A stretch of DNA of 64,000 nucleotides from Sulfurimonas sp. (GTDB taxonomy: Bacteria; Campylobacterota; Campylobacteria; Campylobacterales; Sulfurimonadaceae), in assembly GCF_016744025.1 (NCBI RefSeq), contig NZ_JADGFC010000001.1:16028-80027 (forward strand), written 5' to 3'. The notes under the pieces were generated by a model. The model was not told the DNA's origin and did no database searches. It saw only the letters and a program-made list of their open reading frames with translations. Both the position numbers and the translations under genes were made by a program. Below are positions 1 to 8,511 of the stretch, piece after piece (within the stretch, counting starts at the first letter, position 1; every line of letters starts with the position of its first letter).

Positions 1-1
1 C

Positions 2-496
2 CACATTATTGTAAAAAAAGAGGTTAGGAAAATATTAAGAGAAGAGATAATTATTTTTAGATACCCGAAAAATCCAAATACTTTTTTGATAAAAAGATGT
101 ATAGCTGTTAGTGGAGACAAAGTATTTATGAAAAACAAAACTCTTTATTTACAACCTTATGAAGGGGAAGAATACATTAAAAAGAATTATCCTATAGAAA
201 ATACTCTAACTATAAATAATTCTTTATGGGTAAAAAACCCTTATAAACAATCAATTAAAGCTATAAATAATGATGAAAAGATTATTGATGATGGGAACTA
301 TCCTCCTCCACTTTTCAATTTTAATCAAATCACGATTCCACAAGATAGCTATTTTGTAATGGGAGATAATAGAGATCATTCAAATGATAGTAGATTTTTT
401 GGATACATAAAAACAAAAAATATTTTTGGCATATTTAATGGTGTTATTTGTTTTAACTATAAAAACTTAAGTAGAATCAACTTAAAAATAAAATAA
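2..496 (+). CDS. lepB: Signal peptidase I, C-terminal portion (5' end outside window)
   Basis: Frame is open from the window edge. IIFRYPKNPNTFLIKRCIAVSGDKV and VMGDNRDHSNDSRFFG match conserved S26 signal-peptidase boxes. Confidence 0.85.
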   Translation, partial: HIIVKKEVRKILREEIIIFRYPKNPNTFLIKRCIAVSGDKVFMKNKTLYLQPYEGEEYIKKNYPIENTLTINNSLWVKNPYKQSIKAINNDEKIIDDGNYPPPLFNFNQITIPQDSYFVMGDNRDHSNDSRFFGYIKTKNIFGIFNGVICFNYKNLSRINLKIK

Positions 497-509
497 TAAA
501 AGTGAAATT

Positions 510-1346
510 ATGAATTATTGGCAGTTTAAATTTTCTAAATGGAATGGTTGGAAAAAACTTGAAGTAGGAGAAATTATTGAATGGCAATCACCTAAAAATA
601 GAAATAAAAAACCAAATGATATAGCTATTGATGATGTAGTATTTTTATTTCGAGGGGGAAGTGGCGTAAGTAAAGATAGTAAAGGAATTTATTTTATTAC
701 AGAAGTAAAAGACATAGATTTTACTTCAAATCCTCCTGTTAAATTGAAAGTGATTAAAAACCTACGAGAAGATTTTTTTATTGCAGAAAATTATGGCTTT
801 AGTAATTTTGTTAATCAAATAAATAATATGCGTCAAAATCCACATGCTACATATTATAAATTTTTAAAAAGTGAAAAACCAGAAAGATTATATGACATAA
901 TTATTAATAGTACCTCCATGATTGATGATCTATCAGAAATAAACAACTCAGAACAACTATCTGAAACTGAAAAGAAAAACCTAGTAAACTGCAGAATTGG
1001 ACAAGGTGATTTTAGAAAAAGTCTGATTAGTCATTGGAGTGGTTGTTCAATAACTAAACACAAACAAATTGATATACTAATTGCATCACATATTAAGCCT
1101 TGGAAAGACTCTACTAATAGCGAAAGACTAGATAAGTACAATGGCTTTTTACTTGTACCAAATTTAGATAAATTGTTTGATAAAGGTTATATATCTTTTG
1201 ATGATGAAGGTAAAATTATGATATCTACTGAACTTAGTAACTTTGAAAAACTTAGTGTTAACAAAAAAATGAAAGTAGATATAAAAAATGCGCATAAAAA
1301 ATACTTACAGTTTCATAGAGCGCATATATTTAAAAGTAATATATGA
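510..1346 (+). CDS. PUA-like (EVE-type) domain fused to an HNH_2-family nuclease; predicted modification-dependent (type IV-like) endonuclease
   Basis: N-terminus MNYWQFKFSKW...GIYFITEV resembles EVE/PUA-like readers. C-terminus CRIGQGDFRKSL...ASHIKPW...NGFLLVPNLDKLFDKGYISF is the HNH_2-type motif set. Confidence 0.6.
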   Translation: MNYWQFKFSKWNGWKKLEVGEIIEWQSPKNRNKKPNDIAIDDVVFLFRGGSGVSKDSKGIYFITEVKDIDFTSNPPVKLKVIKNLREDFFIAENYGFSNFVNQINNMRQNPHATYYKFLKSEKPERLYDIIINSTSMIDDLSEINNSEQLSETEKKNLVNCRIGQGDFRKSLISHWSGCSITKHKQIDILIASHIKPWKDSTNSERLDKYNGFLLVPNLDKLFDKGYISFDDEGKIMISTELSNFEKLSVNKKMKVDIKNAHKKYLQFHRAHIFKSNI

Positions 1347-1374
1347 CTAAAATAAAAAATCAGAGATTCTTATT

Positions 1375-1396
1375 CTTTCCTCTATAAAGAGGAAAG
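1375..1396. terminator. Hairpin between convergent genes (possible bidirectional terminator)
   Basis: Perfect 9-bp stem CTTTCCTCT / AGAGGAAAG with ATAA loop. It lies between the stop of 510..1346 (+) and the stop of 1406..1579 (-). Confidence 0.5.
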
Positions 1397-1405
1397 TTAG
1401 AAATT

Positions 1406-1579
1406 TTAAGAATGGTTAAATGCGCCTTTTATATAGTTAGATATTACTTTATAATCTCTTGTATCTAAAGTGCCAAAAGCATTTAAGCCAAGTAGTAGTC
1501 TGTCTAACTCATTTAGTTTATCATGTAGTGTGAGAGCGTTCATTTTTTTTGTTTTAATCTTTTTTTGTGTATCATTCAT
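1406..1579 (-). CDS. Small hypothetical protein (57 aa, below ORF-track cut-off)
   Basis: Hand translation: MNDTQKKIKTKKMNALTLHDKLNELDRLLLGLNAFGTLDTRDYKVISNYIKGAFNHS. AAGGAAAG Shine-Dalgarno-like sequence about 7 nt upstream of the ATG. Confidence 0.35.
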   Translation of the reverse strand: MNDTQKKIKTKKMNALTLHDKLNELDRLLLGLNAFGTLDTRDYKVISNYIKGAFNHS

Positions 1580-1922
1580 TGTTTCTTTCCTTTGTCGGTG
1601 AGAACAGCGTAGGGAGTTTTTTCTTGGCGGAAGGGCTCTCTATGTGTTGTGTTATTTAAGACTTTATGTAGCATCTGCGCTCAAGTCTAACTATTGGTTT
1701 TACTATCGTACTCTTTTTTATACACCTCATAACTTCATACATTTCTCCTTGATTTTAGATGCAAATAATTAGCATCTACTAAAGCTTTTTTGCGTAATGC
1801 ACTTAGTTATTATACATAAATATGTATTAGAAAAAGTTTAATAGTTGATACTATTACACCTAAAAGAGATATTTTTATGTACTATTAAGATATTTAAAGT
1901 TCCTTTTTGATAGACTATTTTT

Positions 1923-2165
1923 ATGGAATTAAAAAATATTATAAACAAAACGCACTCACTTATTGAAGCCAAAGAGATGAACGGCAAAATATCACAAAGA
2001 GCTATGTCTGAAATGATAGGTGTTAAACCTCGAACATATACAGAATACACAAGAGGAACAAACGAACCTCTAGCTATGAAAGCATTGTTAAATATGCTAA
2101 ATAAACTAGATGATGAAGATATTATAAGAGTAGTTAGAAGTTGGGAAGAAAAGAATAAATCATAA
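1923..2165 (+). CDS. XRE-type helix-turn-helix protein
   Basis: 80 aa. ISQRAMSEMIGVKPRTYTEYTRG is a typical HTH_3-like helix-turn-helix segment. Confidence 0.6.
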   Translation: MELKNIINKTHSLIEAKEMNGKISQRAMSEMIGVKPRTYTEYTRGTNEPLAMKALLNMLNKLDDEDIIRVVRSWEEKNKS

Positions 2166-2219
2166 CAATTCTATTTAAGACAATTTCATATAGAATGTGC
2201 TTTATAAAAGGAAAAATTT

Positions 2220-2570
2220 ATGAATGAAAATATAATTTATGTGTTTGTTGCACTGGCTATTTTTATAGCCTATAGAAAGTATACTCGATATAAAGTACTG
2301 CAGCTTGTTCCAGCTCTTCTTGAACAAGATGGCAAAATTGTTGATGTTAGAACTAAAGATGAATTTCTCACAGCACATAAAGACGGAAGTATCAACATCC
2401 CATTAGAGTCACTTGATAAACAAATGAATAAGTTAGATAAAACTAAACCCATAATTATTTGTTGTGCAAGTGGAAGTAGAAGTGGATTGGCAAGACGCTC
2501 TTTAATGGCAAAAGGATTTGACAATGTATACAATGCAGGAGCATGGAGATCTCTTATAAAATTTCAGTAA
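2220..2570 (+). CDS. Membrane-anchored rhodanese-domain sulfurtransferase
   Basis: N-terminal TM helix. Rhodanese active-site loop CCASGSRSGLA and DVRTKDEF...GSINIP context. Confidence 0.8.
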   Translation: MNENIIYVFVALAIFIAYRKYTRYKVLQLVPALLEQDGKIVDVRTKDEFLTAHKDGSINIPLESLDKQMNKLDKTKPIIICCASGSRSGLARRSLMAKGFDNVYNAGAWRSLIKFQ

Positions 2571-2728
2571 TGCCCAATAATATTTCTCTCACTTAAAATC
2601 TTAGGGCTAAATTACACCGTTGTGAATGAATCTCCACTTCCATTATAAAAATCAGTAAACTCTATTAGTTAATACAATTTCATATAAAATAGAGTTTATT
2701 AAACACTTTATAAACTAAAGGATTACTT

Positions 2729-3043
2729 ATGAGATTTGAAAGAGTTGTTGGGCTTTATGTTACAGATGATGATATGTATGCAAAGTATAGAGAGGCGATG
2801 ATTCCCATACTTAAAACATTTGGTGGTGGGTTTAGTTATGACTTTAAAATCGCAGAGGTTTTAAAGAGTGAAGTTCCAGAGAAGATAAACCGTGTATTTG
2901 TTATTTACTTTAAAGATGAAGAATCCATGAACCAATTTTTCTCTAATGAGAAGTACTTAGAAGTAAAACAAAAATATTTTATCCCATCCGTTTCAGATGC
3001 AACAGAAATAGCAAGATATGAAAGACAATCTTTGATAGAATAG
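2729..3043 (+). CDS. DUF1330-like small protein
   Basis: 104 aa with YREAM.P....GG...F pattern and size typical of DUF1330. Recognised from memory only. Confidence 0.45.
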   Translation: MRFERVVGLYVTDDDMYAKYREAMIPILKTFGGGFSYDFKIAEVLKSEVPEKINRVFVIYFKDEESMNQFFSNEKYLEVKQKYFIPSVSDATEIARYERQSLIE

Positions 3044-3081
3044 TAAATTAATTAAAACGCATTAATGAAACAGGAGCAAAG

Positions 3082-3600
3082 ATGAAGAGATTAATCTTAG
3101 TAATATGCTTATTATTTAGTGTAAATGTATATGCCAAATGTGAAGGAGAGGGATTCTTTTACTTAGCTACTCTTCACTATGGTGGATTAGGTGTAAAACA
3201 AGATATAAATAAAGCTATTGAACTATTTAATAAATCTTGTGAAAGTGGATATTCCAAAGGGTGCAACACACTTGGACTTATGTACGAGTATGGTATCGCT
3301 CCAGAAACGGACTACAATAAAGCTATAAAATATTATTCTAAAGCGCATGATAATGAAGATGCCAATGGATATATCAATCTAGGTAGTATGTATTATCAAG
3401 GAAAATCTATAGAGAAAAACTTTGAAAAAGCCTTAGCCCTATTTAAAAAGGCTTGTGACTTAGGAAACTCTACCGGATGTTCATTTGCAGCAGATGTCTA
3501 CACAATAACAAAAGACATAGACGCTTCAAAAGTCCTATACAATAAGGCTTGCAATTTAGGAAATATCTATGGGTGCTTAAAAAATAAAAAAGGCATATAA
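3082..3600 (+). CDS. Secreted Sel1-like-repeat cysteine-rich protein (Hcp-like)
   Basis: Signal peptide. Repeated ~36-aa units with paired Cys (KSCESGYSKGCNTLGLMYEYG, KACDLGNSTGCSF, KACNLGNIYGC) as in Helicobacter cysteine-rich proteins. Confidence 0.75.
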   Translation: MKRLILVICLLFSVNVYAKCEGEGFFYLATLHYGGLGVKQDINKAIELFNKSCESGYSKGCNTLGLMYEYGIAPETDYNKAIKYYSKAHDNEDANGYINLGSMYYQGKSIEKNFEKALALFKKACDLGNSTGCSFAADVYTITKDIDASKVLYNKACNLGNIYGCLKNKKGI

Positions 3601-3605
3601 ATATT

Positions 3606-4262
3606 ATGAATGTTAGTCTATTTAAAAGAGTTGCTGTTTTTATCTTAGGCTTGTTTATTACGGCTTTAGGAGTCGCAGTATTAGTCAAGGCAAATCTTGG
3701 TGTATCTCCTCTTTCAAGTGTGCCTTATGTATACTCTCTTTCAACACCACTTAGTATTGGTGAACTAACAATCATTTTAGAATCTTTTTTTATTTTACTC
3801 CAAATAATCATTTTACGTAAAAACTACAAACTTATTCAACTAGTCCAACTTCCGGCTGTTATTGTTTTTGGTTATTTTATTGATTTTGCAATGCTTATTG
3901 TTGTTGATTTAAATCCTGTCCTTTACATAGAACAAGTTTTTATCTGCATCTTTGCTTGTGCAGTTTTGTCTTTTGGAGTTTTTCTACTTTTAAAGACACA
4001 CCTAACAAATCTACCTATTGAAGGTTTTGCTCTTGCTGTTGCTCAAACATATGAAAAAGAGTTTGGCACAATGAAAATCAGTATAGACAGTTCAATGGTA
4101 GCTTTTGGAATACTAAGCTCTTTTGCACTCTTAGGTCAGATAGAAGGTATAAGAGAAGGTACAATCCTCGCGGCTTTACTTGTGGGTGTACTCATTAAGT
4201 TATACAGCACTAAACTACCTATGATAGAAAGATGGCTTTGCCCACAAATCACACCTCTGTAG
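3606..4262 (+). CDS. Polytopic membrane protein (YczE/YitT-like)
   Basis: About 6 predicted TM helices. N-terminus FILGLFITALGVAVLVKANLGVSP resembles the YczE/DUF6198 family. Confidence 0.5.
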   Translation: MNVSLFKRVAVFILGLFITALGVAVLVKANLGVSPLSSVPYVYSLSTPLSIGELTIILESFFILLQIIILRKNYKLIQLVQLPAVIVFGYFIDFAMLIVVDLNPVLYIEQVFICIFACAVLSFGVFLLLKTHLTNLPIEGFALAVAQTYEKEFGTMKISIDSSMVAFGILSSFALLGQIEGIREGTILAALLVGVLIKLYSTKLPMIERWLCPQITPL

Positions 4263-4374
4263 GTGAGGTTTCACTTCCATTATATAAACTAGTAATTTTA
4301 TACTAATTAATCCTATTGATTAAGGTTCTTTTACATATAATTCGCCGCTTTAATAACAATAAAAAGGAAAATAC

Positions 4375-4830
4375 ATTATCAAAAAAATCACTATTATTAC
4401 AATATTAATATTATTTGTTTTTATTAATTCTGCACAAGCAGAGGAAAGTATAAAAGAAAAACCTCAAGAAGCTTCTCTATTAACAAAAATTTTACTTACT
4501 GAAGGGCTTATTCTTACTAACGTATGGATAGCTTCAGAATATCCAAATGCTTATGGTGGGGGATTAGCAGTATTAACACCAATATTTGGTACAAGACTAG
4601 ATAAAAATAATGATATTATATGGACTCCAATAATTACAACAGAAGCAATTGCCATATATAACTTAACAGTTGATCCAGATGACTATTCAAAAGAAGAAAT
4701 TTTTATAAACAATCTTATCGGATGGCATGTATCACTTTTGATAAATGTAATCTTACATACTGAAGAAGACAAAATCGCATTTCAATATACAGAAGACAAG
4801 ATTAAGTTAGCCTATAATATTAAGTTTTAA
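4375..4830 (+). CDS. Secreted hypothetical protein with no canonical start codon (ATT/ATC start proposed)
   Basis: 151-codon open frame bounded by TAA 4360-4362 and TAA 4828-4830. It contains no in-frame ATG/GTG/TTG. AAGGA at 4364-4368; signal-peptide-like KKITIITILILFVFINSAQA. Confidence 0.45.
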   Translation: MIKKITIITILILFVFINSAQAEESIKEKPQEASLLTKILLTEGLILTNVWIASEYPNAYGGGLAVLTPIFGTRLDKNNDIIWTPIITTEAIAIYNLTVDPDDYSKEEIFINNLIGWHVSLLINVILHTEEDKIAFQYTEDKIKLAYNIKF

Positions 4831-4900
4831 ATATAAAAAAGAAAAGCTTTATAGAACTTAAGACATCAAAACTGCTAGAATAGACTATTAAAGGTTAAAA

Positions 4901-6316
4901 ATGTTCATAAAATTCGCCCTAATTCTGAGTGTTCTTTTTTGTTTTGAGATAAATGCTCAAAATATTGATACTCAGACTTTTAATAAAATAGATACATATA
5001 TAAAAAAAGTACAAAAAAAAGCAAATATTCCAGCAGTGTCTATAGGAATTATCAAAGATGATAGTTTAGTCTATAAAAAAAGTTATTCTAAAGATGAAAA
5101 GGTTTCTGCTGATTCACTGTTTTATATTGGTTCTTTAACTAAGTCGTTTACGGCTTTAGCAATCATGCAGTTAGTTGAAGATGGAAAAATAAACTTAGAT
5201 GATCCACTCAAGAAGTATCTTCCTTGGTTTGAAATACAAAATATGCAAAGTGTAGATAAAATCACTATAAGAACCTTGCTAAACCAAACAAGTGGTTTTT
5301 CTACTTATGAAGGATTGAAAAACTTTGATAATTGGGATAGTAGTAGTTTTACTCTAGAGAAAACTATTCGCGCTTTAAAAGGTGTTCGCCTTGCATCTAA
5401 ACCATCAACTACTTTTCAATACTCAAACATAAACTATCAAATCTTAGGTTTAGTTATACAAAAGATAACTGGGCTATCTTACAATGACTATATAAAAGAA
5501 AATATATTTAACAAACTAGATATGAAAAATAGTTTTGCATCTTTAAAAGACATAGATGCAAAGCAGATAACACAAGGACATAGACTTTGGTTTGGAGAAG
5601 CCATAGAGAGTGATTTTCCTTTTAGTAAGGTAATGCTTCCTGCTGGATATATAATCTCAAATGTTGAAGATATGAGTAAGTATTTAATCGCTCAGTTAAA
5701 CAATGGCATCTATAAAAAAGAACAAGTGTTCTCCCCTTCTATGATAAAACAAATCCAAACTCCAAGTGCAACCGTAATCAAAGATAAATTTCATTATGCT
5801 TTTGGATGGTTTGTTGATACAAATAATAATATCAGCTTAAGTCATATGGGTTCAGTTCCGGGTTATACAAGTAAGGTAATTATGTATCCACAAGAGAAGT
5901 TAGCTCTTGTAATGCTCACAAATACTACTGCTTATGCTCTTGGACAAAAAGAGTTAAATAACTTAGCTAGTAATATTATGAATATAATTAAAAATAAAAA
6001 GATAAATACTAGTGAGTTTGACTTAGTATCCATATCTGCTTATATCTTTTTTATAGGATTTATAATTGCTCAACTATTTTTACTTAGATATTTTATAAAA
6101 AAACTCAAAAGTGCTTCAAAATACAAAATAATTCTATTTCTTGTTTTTGATATTATTATTGTTATCTCCCTATATTTAATCGTACCTCTCTTGTACAATT
6201 TAACCTTTAGTGTATTTTTAATGTTTACACCAGACATCGGATACCTCATGTTAGGTTCAATAATTGTAGCTATTTTAAGTGCTATTGTAAAAATTAATCG
6301 TTTATCAATAGCATAA
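4901..6316 (+). CDS. Beta-lactamase-family serine hydrolase with C-terminal membrane domain
   Basis: SxxK motif GSLTKSF and YxN motif QYSNINY. The last ~100 aa form 3 hydrophobic helices. Confidence 0.8.
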   Translation: MFIKFALILSVLFCFEINAQNIDTQTFNKIDTYIKKVQKKANIPAVSIGIIKDDSLVYKKSYSKDEKVSADSLFYIGSLTKSFTALAIMQLVEDGKINLDDPLKKYLPWFEIQNMQSVDKITIRTLLNQTSGFSTYEGLKNFDNWDSSSFTLEKTIRALKGVRLASKPSTTFQYSNINYQILGLVIQKITGLSYNDYIKENIFNKLDMKNSFASLKDIDAKQITQGHRLWFGEAIESDFPFSKVMLPAGYIISNVEDMSKYLIAQLNNGIYKKEQVFSPSMIKQIQTPSATVIKDKFHYAFGWFVDTNNNISLSHMGSVPGYTSKVIMYPQEKLALVMLTNTTAYALGQKELNNLASNIMNIIKNKKINTSEFDLVSISAYIFFIGFIIAQLFLLRYFIKKLKSASKYKIILFLVFDIIIVISLYLIVPLLYNLTFSVFLMFTPDIGYLMLGSIIVAILSAIVKINRLSIA

Positions 6317-6370
6317 TTGCTAATATACGCTTTTGGTAGTAAAAACAAGAAAATATAAATAGGAAAAATA

Positions 6371-6712
6371 ATGAAAAAAATAGCTATAGGAATAATAGTA
6401 ATAGCAATTGCGTTTTTTGCAGTAACAAGTCTAATCAACACTGGCGGAAGTGGTCTTATGAAAGCTGAGTGCAAATTATTTATAGATGGTAAAAAAACTG
6501 ATATGGCTTCTTTTAGTCTTGGAATGTACGATAGAGTAGATGAACTTTCGAAAAAAATCAAACCTGAAGATAAAAACAGTGCTTTAGAAGGTTTAAGCAA
6601 AGAACAAATTATGGTAAATATCTGTAAACAAACTCAAGAGTATGATGAGTTAGGTGGATCTACAACAGATAACTTTGACAAAGCAACATATAAAGTTTTG
6701 AGCAAAGATTAA
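6371..6712 (+). CDS. Small exported hypothetical protein
   Basis: N-terminal hydrophobic signal/anchor; RBS AATAGGAAAAATA upstream. No recognisable domain. Confidence 0.4.
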   Translation: MKKIAIGIIVIAIAFFAVTSLINTGGSGLMKAECKLFIDGKKTDMASFSLGMYDRVDELSKKIKPEDKNSALEGLSKEQIMVNICKQTQEYDELGGSTTDNFDKATYKVLSKD

Positions 6713-6718
6713 AAATCT

Positions 6719-7612
6719 TTAGCTCAACTTTTCCCAAGCTTCATCAATACTAGAAGCATTTTGGCTTACATAAAGATAAACAGCAGCGTTTAGTTTTGCA
6801 AGTTTCATATACTCATCAGATGGATTGTTTAACTGATTTAGTGAGTCTTGCAAAGTGATAGTATCAGATGATTTTGCATAATTGATTCCATAGTTTGCAG
6901 GATCAACTACTATCTCATCTACTTCTCCATCATTACAAATCCATAAACGACCCTTACTAAATAACTCAGGTGTTCCTTCATTTCCTTGTATAAGTGCAAA
7001 TCTTTTGTATCTATCAGAGAAAATCTCTACATATTTTTTTACATATGGTTTATGAAATACACCTGTAATAGCATACTCGCTGTTTGCAACACCAGGAAGC
7101 TTTTCTATAGTGTTAAAACCACTACGAAGACCTAGTTTCAAACGAAGCTCTGTAAGATCACTCATCTTAGGAAAAAAGTCTTTACGGTCAAAGTAGTGAG
7201 CGTTTTTATGTAACTCAATATTTGTACATATATCTTTGATAGTTATTCCACCTTTTGCAGGAGTCAATTCATCTCCGATAAGAACTAAATTTAGTCTTGA
7301 ATCTTCAAGAATTTTTGCAACAAGAGGAAATATATAAGGATTTTTTGCTTTTCCATCAAATGGATAACCAAGCTCTAGTGAGTTTGCAACAGTAGTTTTT
7401 TTGATGTAAGCGTCACAAGCTTGTATAGCTCCACGAAACTCCGTAGTTGTCTCAGGTTTTAATCTCCAACCTAAAAGAAAAGCAGCCGATTGTTCACTTG
7501 GAATAGACTGATTTAAAATCTGATCCATCATGTCTTTTGACTCTTCTAATGTTAAGTCTCTATTACCTTTTGGTCCTGTTCCTACAGCATGTATATACTT
7601 GAAAAAATCCAT
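6719..7612 (-). CDS. TrpD-like glycosyltransferase family 3 protein (TrpD paralog)
   Basis: N-terminal helical-bundle-like region (LTLEESKDMMDQIL...SAAFLLGWRLKPET) and overall GT3 look. Shorter than bona fide TrpD. Confidence 0.5.
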   Translation of the reverse strand: MDFFKYIHAVGTGPKGNRDLTLEESKDMMDQILNQSIPSEQSAAFLLGWRLKPETTTEFRGAIQACDAYIKKTTVANSLELGYPFDGKAKNPYIFPLVAKILEDSRLNLVLIGDELTPAKGGITIKDICTNIELHKNAHYFDRKDFFPKMSDLTELRLKLGLRSGFNTIEKLPGVANSEYAITGVFHKPYVKKYVEIFSDRYKRFALIQGNEGTPELFSKGRLWICNDGEVDEIVVDPANYGINYAKSSDTITLQDSLNQLNNPSDEYMKLAKLNAAVYLYVSQNASSIDEAWEKLS

Positions 7613-7692
7613 GTTTGTCCTTGATATCTATCTATAAATTTTATTTAGTGATATGATATACTCTTATACTTAAGTTTGAATTAGGAGAAAAT

Positions 7693-8511
7693 ATCAATAG
7701 AATTGTTCTTGTTACAGGTGCTAGTTCTGGTATGGGTAGAGCTACAGCCGAGTATTTATCAAAACATGATTTCATAGTATACGCAGGAACTCGTAGTGTT
7801 GAAAAACTACAAGATTTAAAGCACAAAAATATTATTCCTATTCATTTAGATATTACTGACCAAGAGAATATAAACAAGGTTACTTCTCGCATCTACAAAG
7901 AGCATAAAAAGATAGATGTTCTTGTAAATAATGCAGGTTATGGTCTTGTCTCTACAGTTGAAGATGTTACTGAAGAAGAGATGTTCGCACAGTTTAATGT
8001 CAATGTATTTGGAGTGCTTAGAGTTTGTAAATCTGTCATCCCAATCATGAGAGAAAAAGAAGATGGTGTCATCATAAATATCTCTTCATTTTTAGGCAAA
8101 ATCGGGCTTCCACTTCTTACAATGTACAACTCTAGTAAGTATGCAGTTGAAGGAATCACTGACTCTCTTCGTTATGAGTTAAAAGATTTTAACATTAGAG
8201 TTCATTCTATCATGCCAGGTTTTTTTAATACTAACTTTGCAAGAGATAACCTTGTAACAAATGAGCAAACCTTTGCTGAGGACTCGCCTTATGCTTCACT
8301 AGTATCTAAGCTTGCGCCAGTGATAGTTGAGCAGATTAACAGCGGTAATTCTGCCTCTGAGATAGGTGAAATGATTTTAGAAATCATCAATGACGATAAA
8401 TATCCAGCTCGCACAACTATAGGAGATAAAGCTAAAAAATTTATACCTATGAGAAAAGAGCTTAGTGATGAAGATTTTGAAAGACGTGTACGGGAGCATT
8501 ACAATTTATAA
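7693..8511 (+). CDS. Short-chain dehydrogenase/reductase (paralog of 9534..10346); non-ATG start likely
   Basis: NNAG, catalytic S...YNSSKYAVEG. The Rossmann motif VTGASSGMG lies upstream of the first ATG (7732). AGGAG at 7683-7687 precedes ATC 7693 / ATT 7702. Confidence 0.75.
   Translation: MNRIVLVTGASSGMGRATAEYLSKHDFIVYAGTRSVEKLQDLKHKNIIPIHLDITDQENINKVTSRIYKEHKKIDVLVNNAGYGLVSTVEDVTEEEMFAQFNVNVFGVLRVCKSVIPIMREKEDGVIINISSFLGKIGLPLLTMYNSSKYAVEGITDSLRYELKDFNIRVHSIMPGFFNTNFARDNLVTNEQTFAEDSPYASLVSKLAPVIVEQINSGNSASEIGEMILEIINDDKYPARTTIGDKAKKFIPMRKELSDEDFERRVREHYNL

Noticed and set aside
3082-3600. Hcp-like Sel1 protein as a beta-lactamase (as annotated for some Helicobacter Hcp proteins)
   Set aside because: Only the repeat architecture is visible. 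No catalytic motif supports an enzymatic call.
2635-4284. Shared 13-mer CACTTCCATTATA just downstream of two stop codons (2635-2647 and 4272-4284), and an AT-rich 10-bp inverted repeat at 2657-2697
   Set aside because: Rough estimation suggests exact 13-mers recur by chance many times in 64 kb of roughly 30-35% GC DNA. Flanks align only loosely. The inverted repeat has a 21-nt loop and an all-weak stem. This is not enough to call an element.
6070-6600. 176-aa minus-strand ORF from the track
   Set aside because: It is antisense to the well-supported serine hydrolase C-terminus and to the 6371 gene. Its I/F/L/K-rich low-complexity composition is typical of antisense frames in AT-rich DNA, and it has no motif or RBS.
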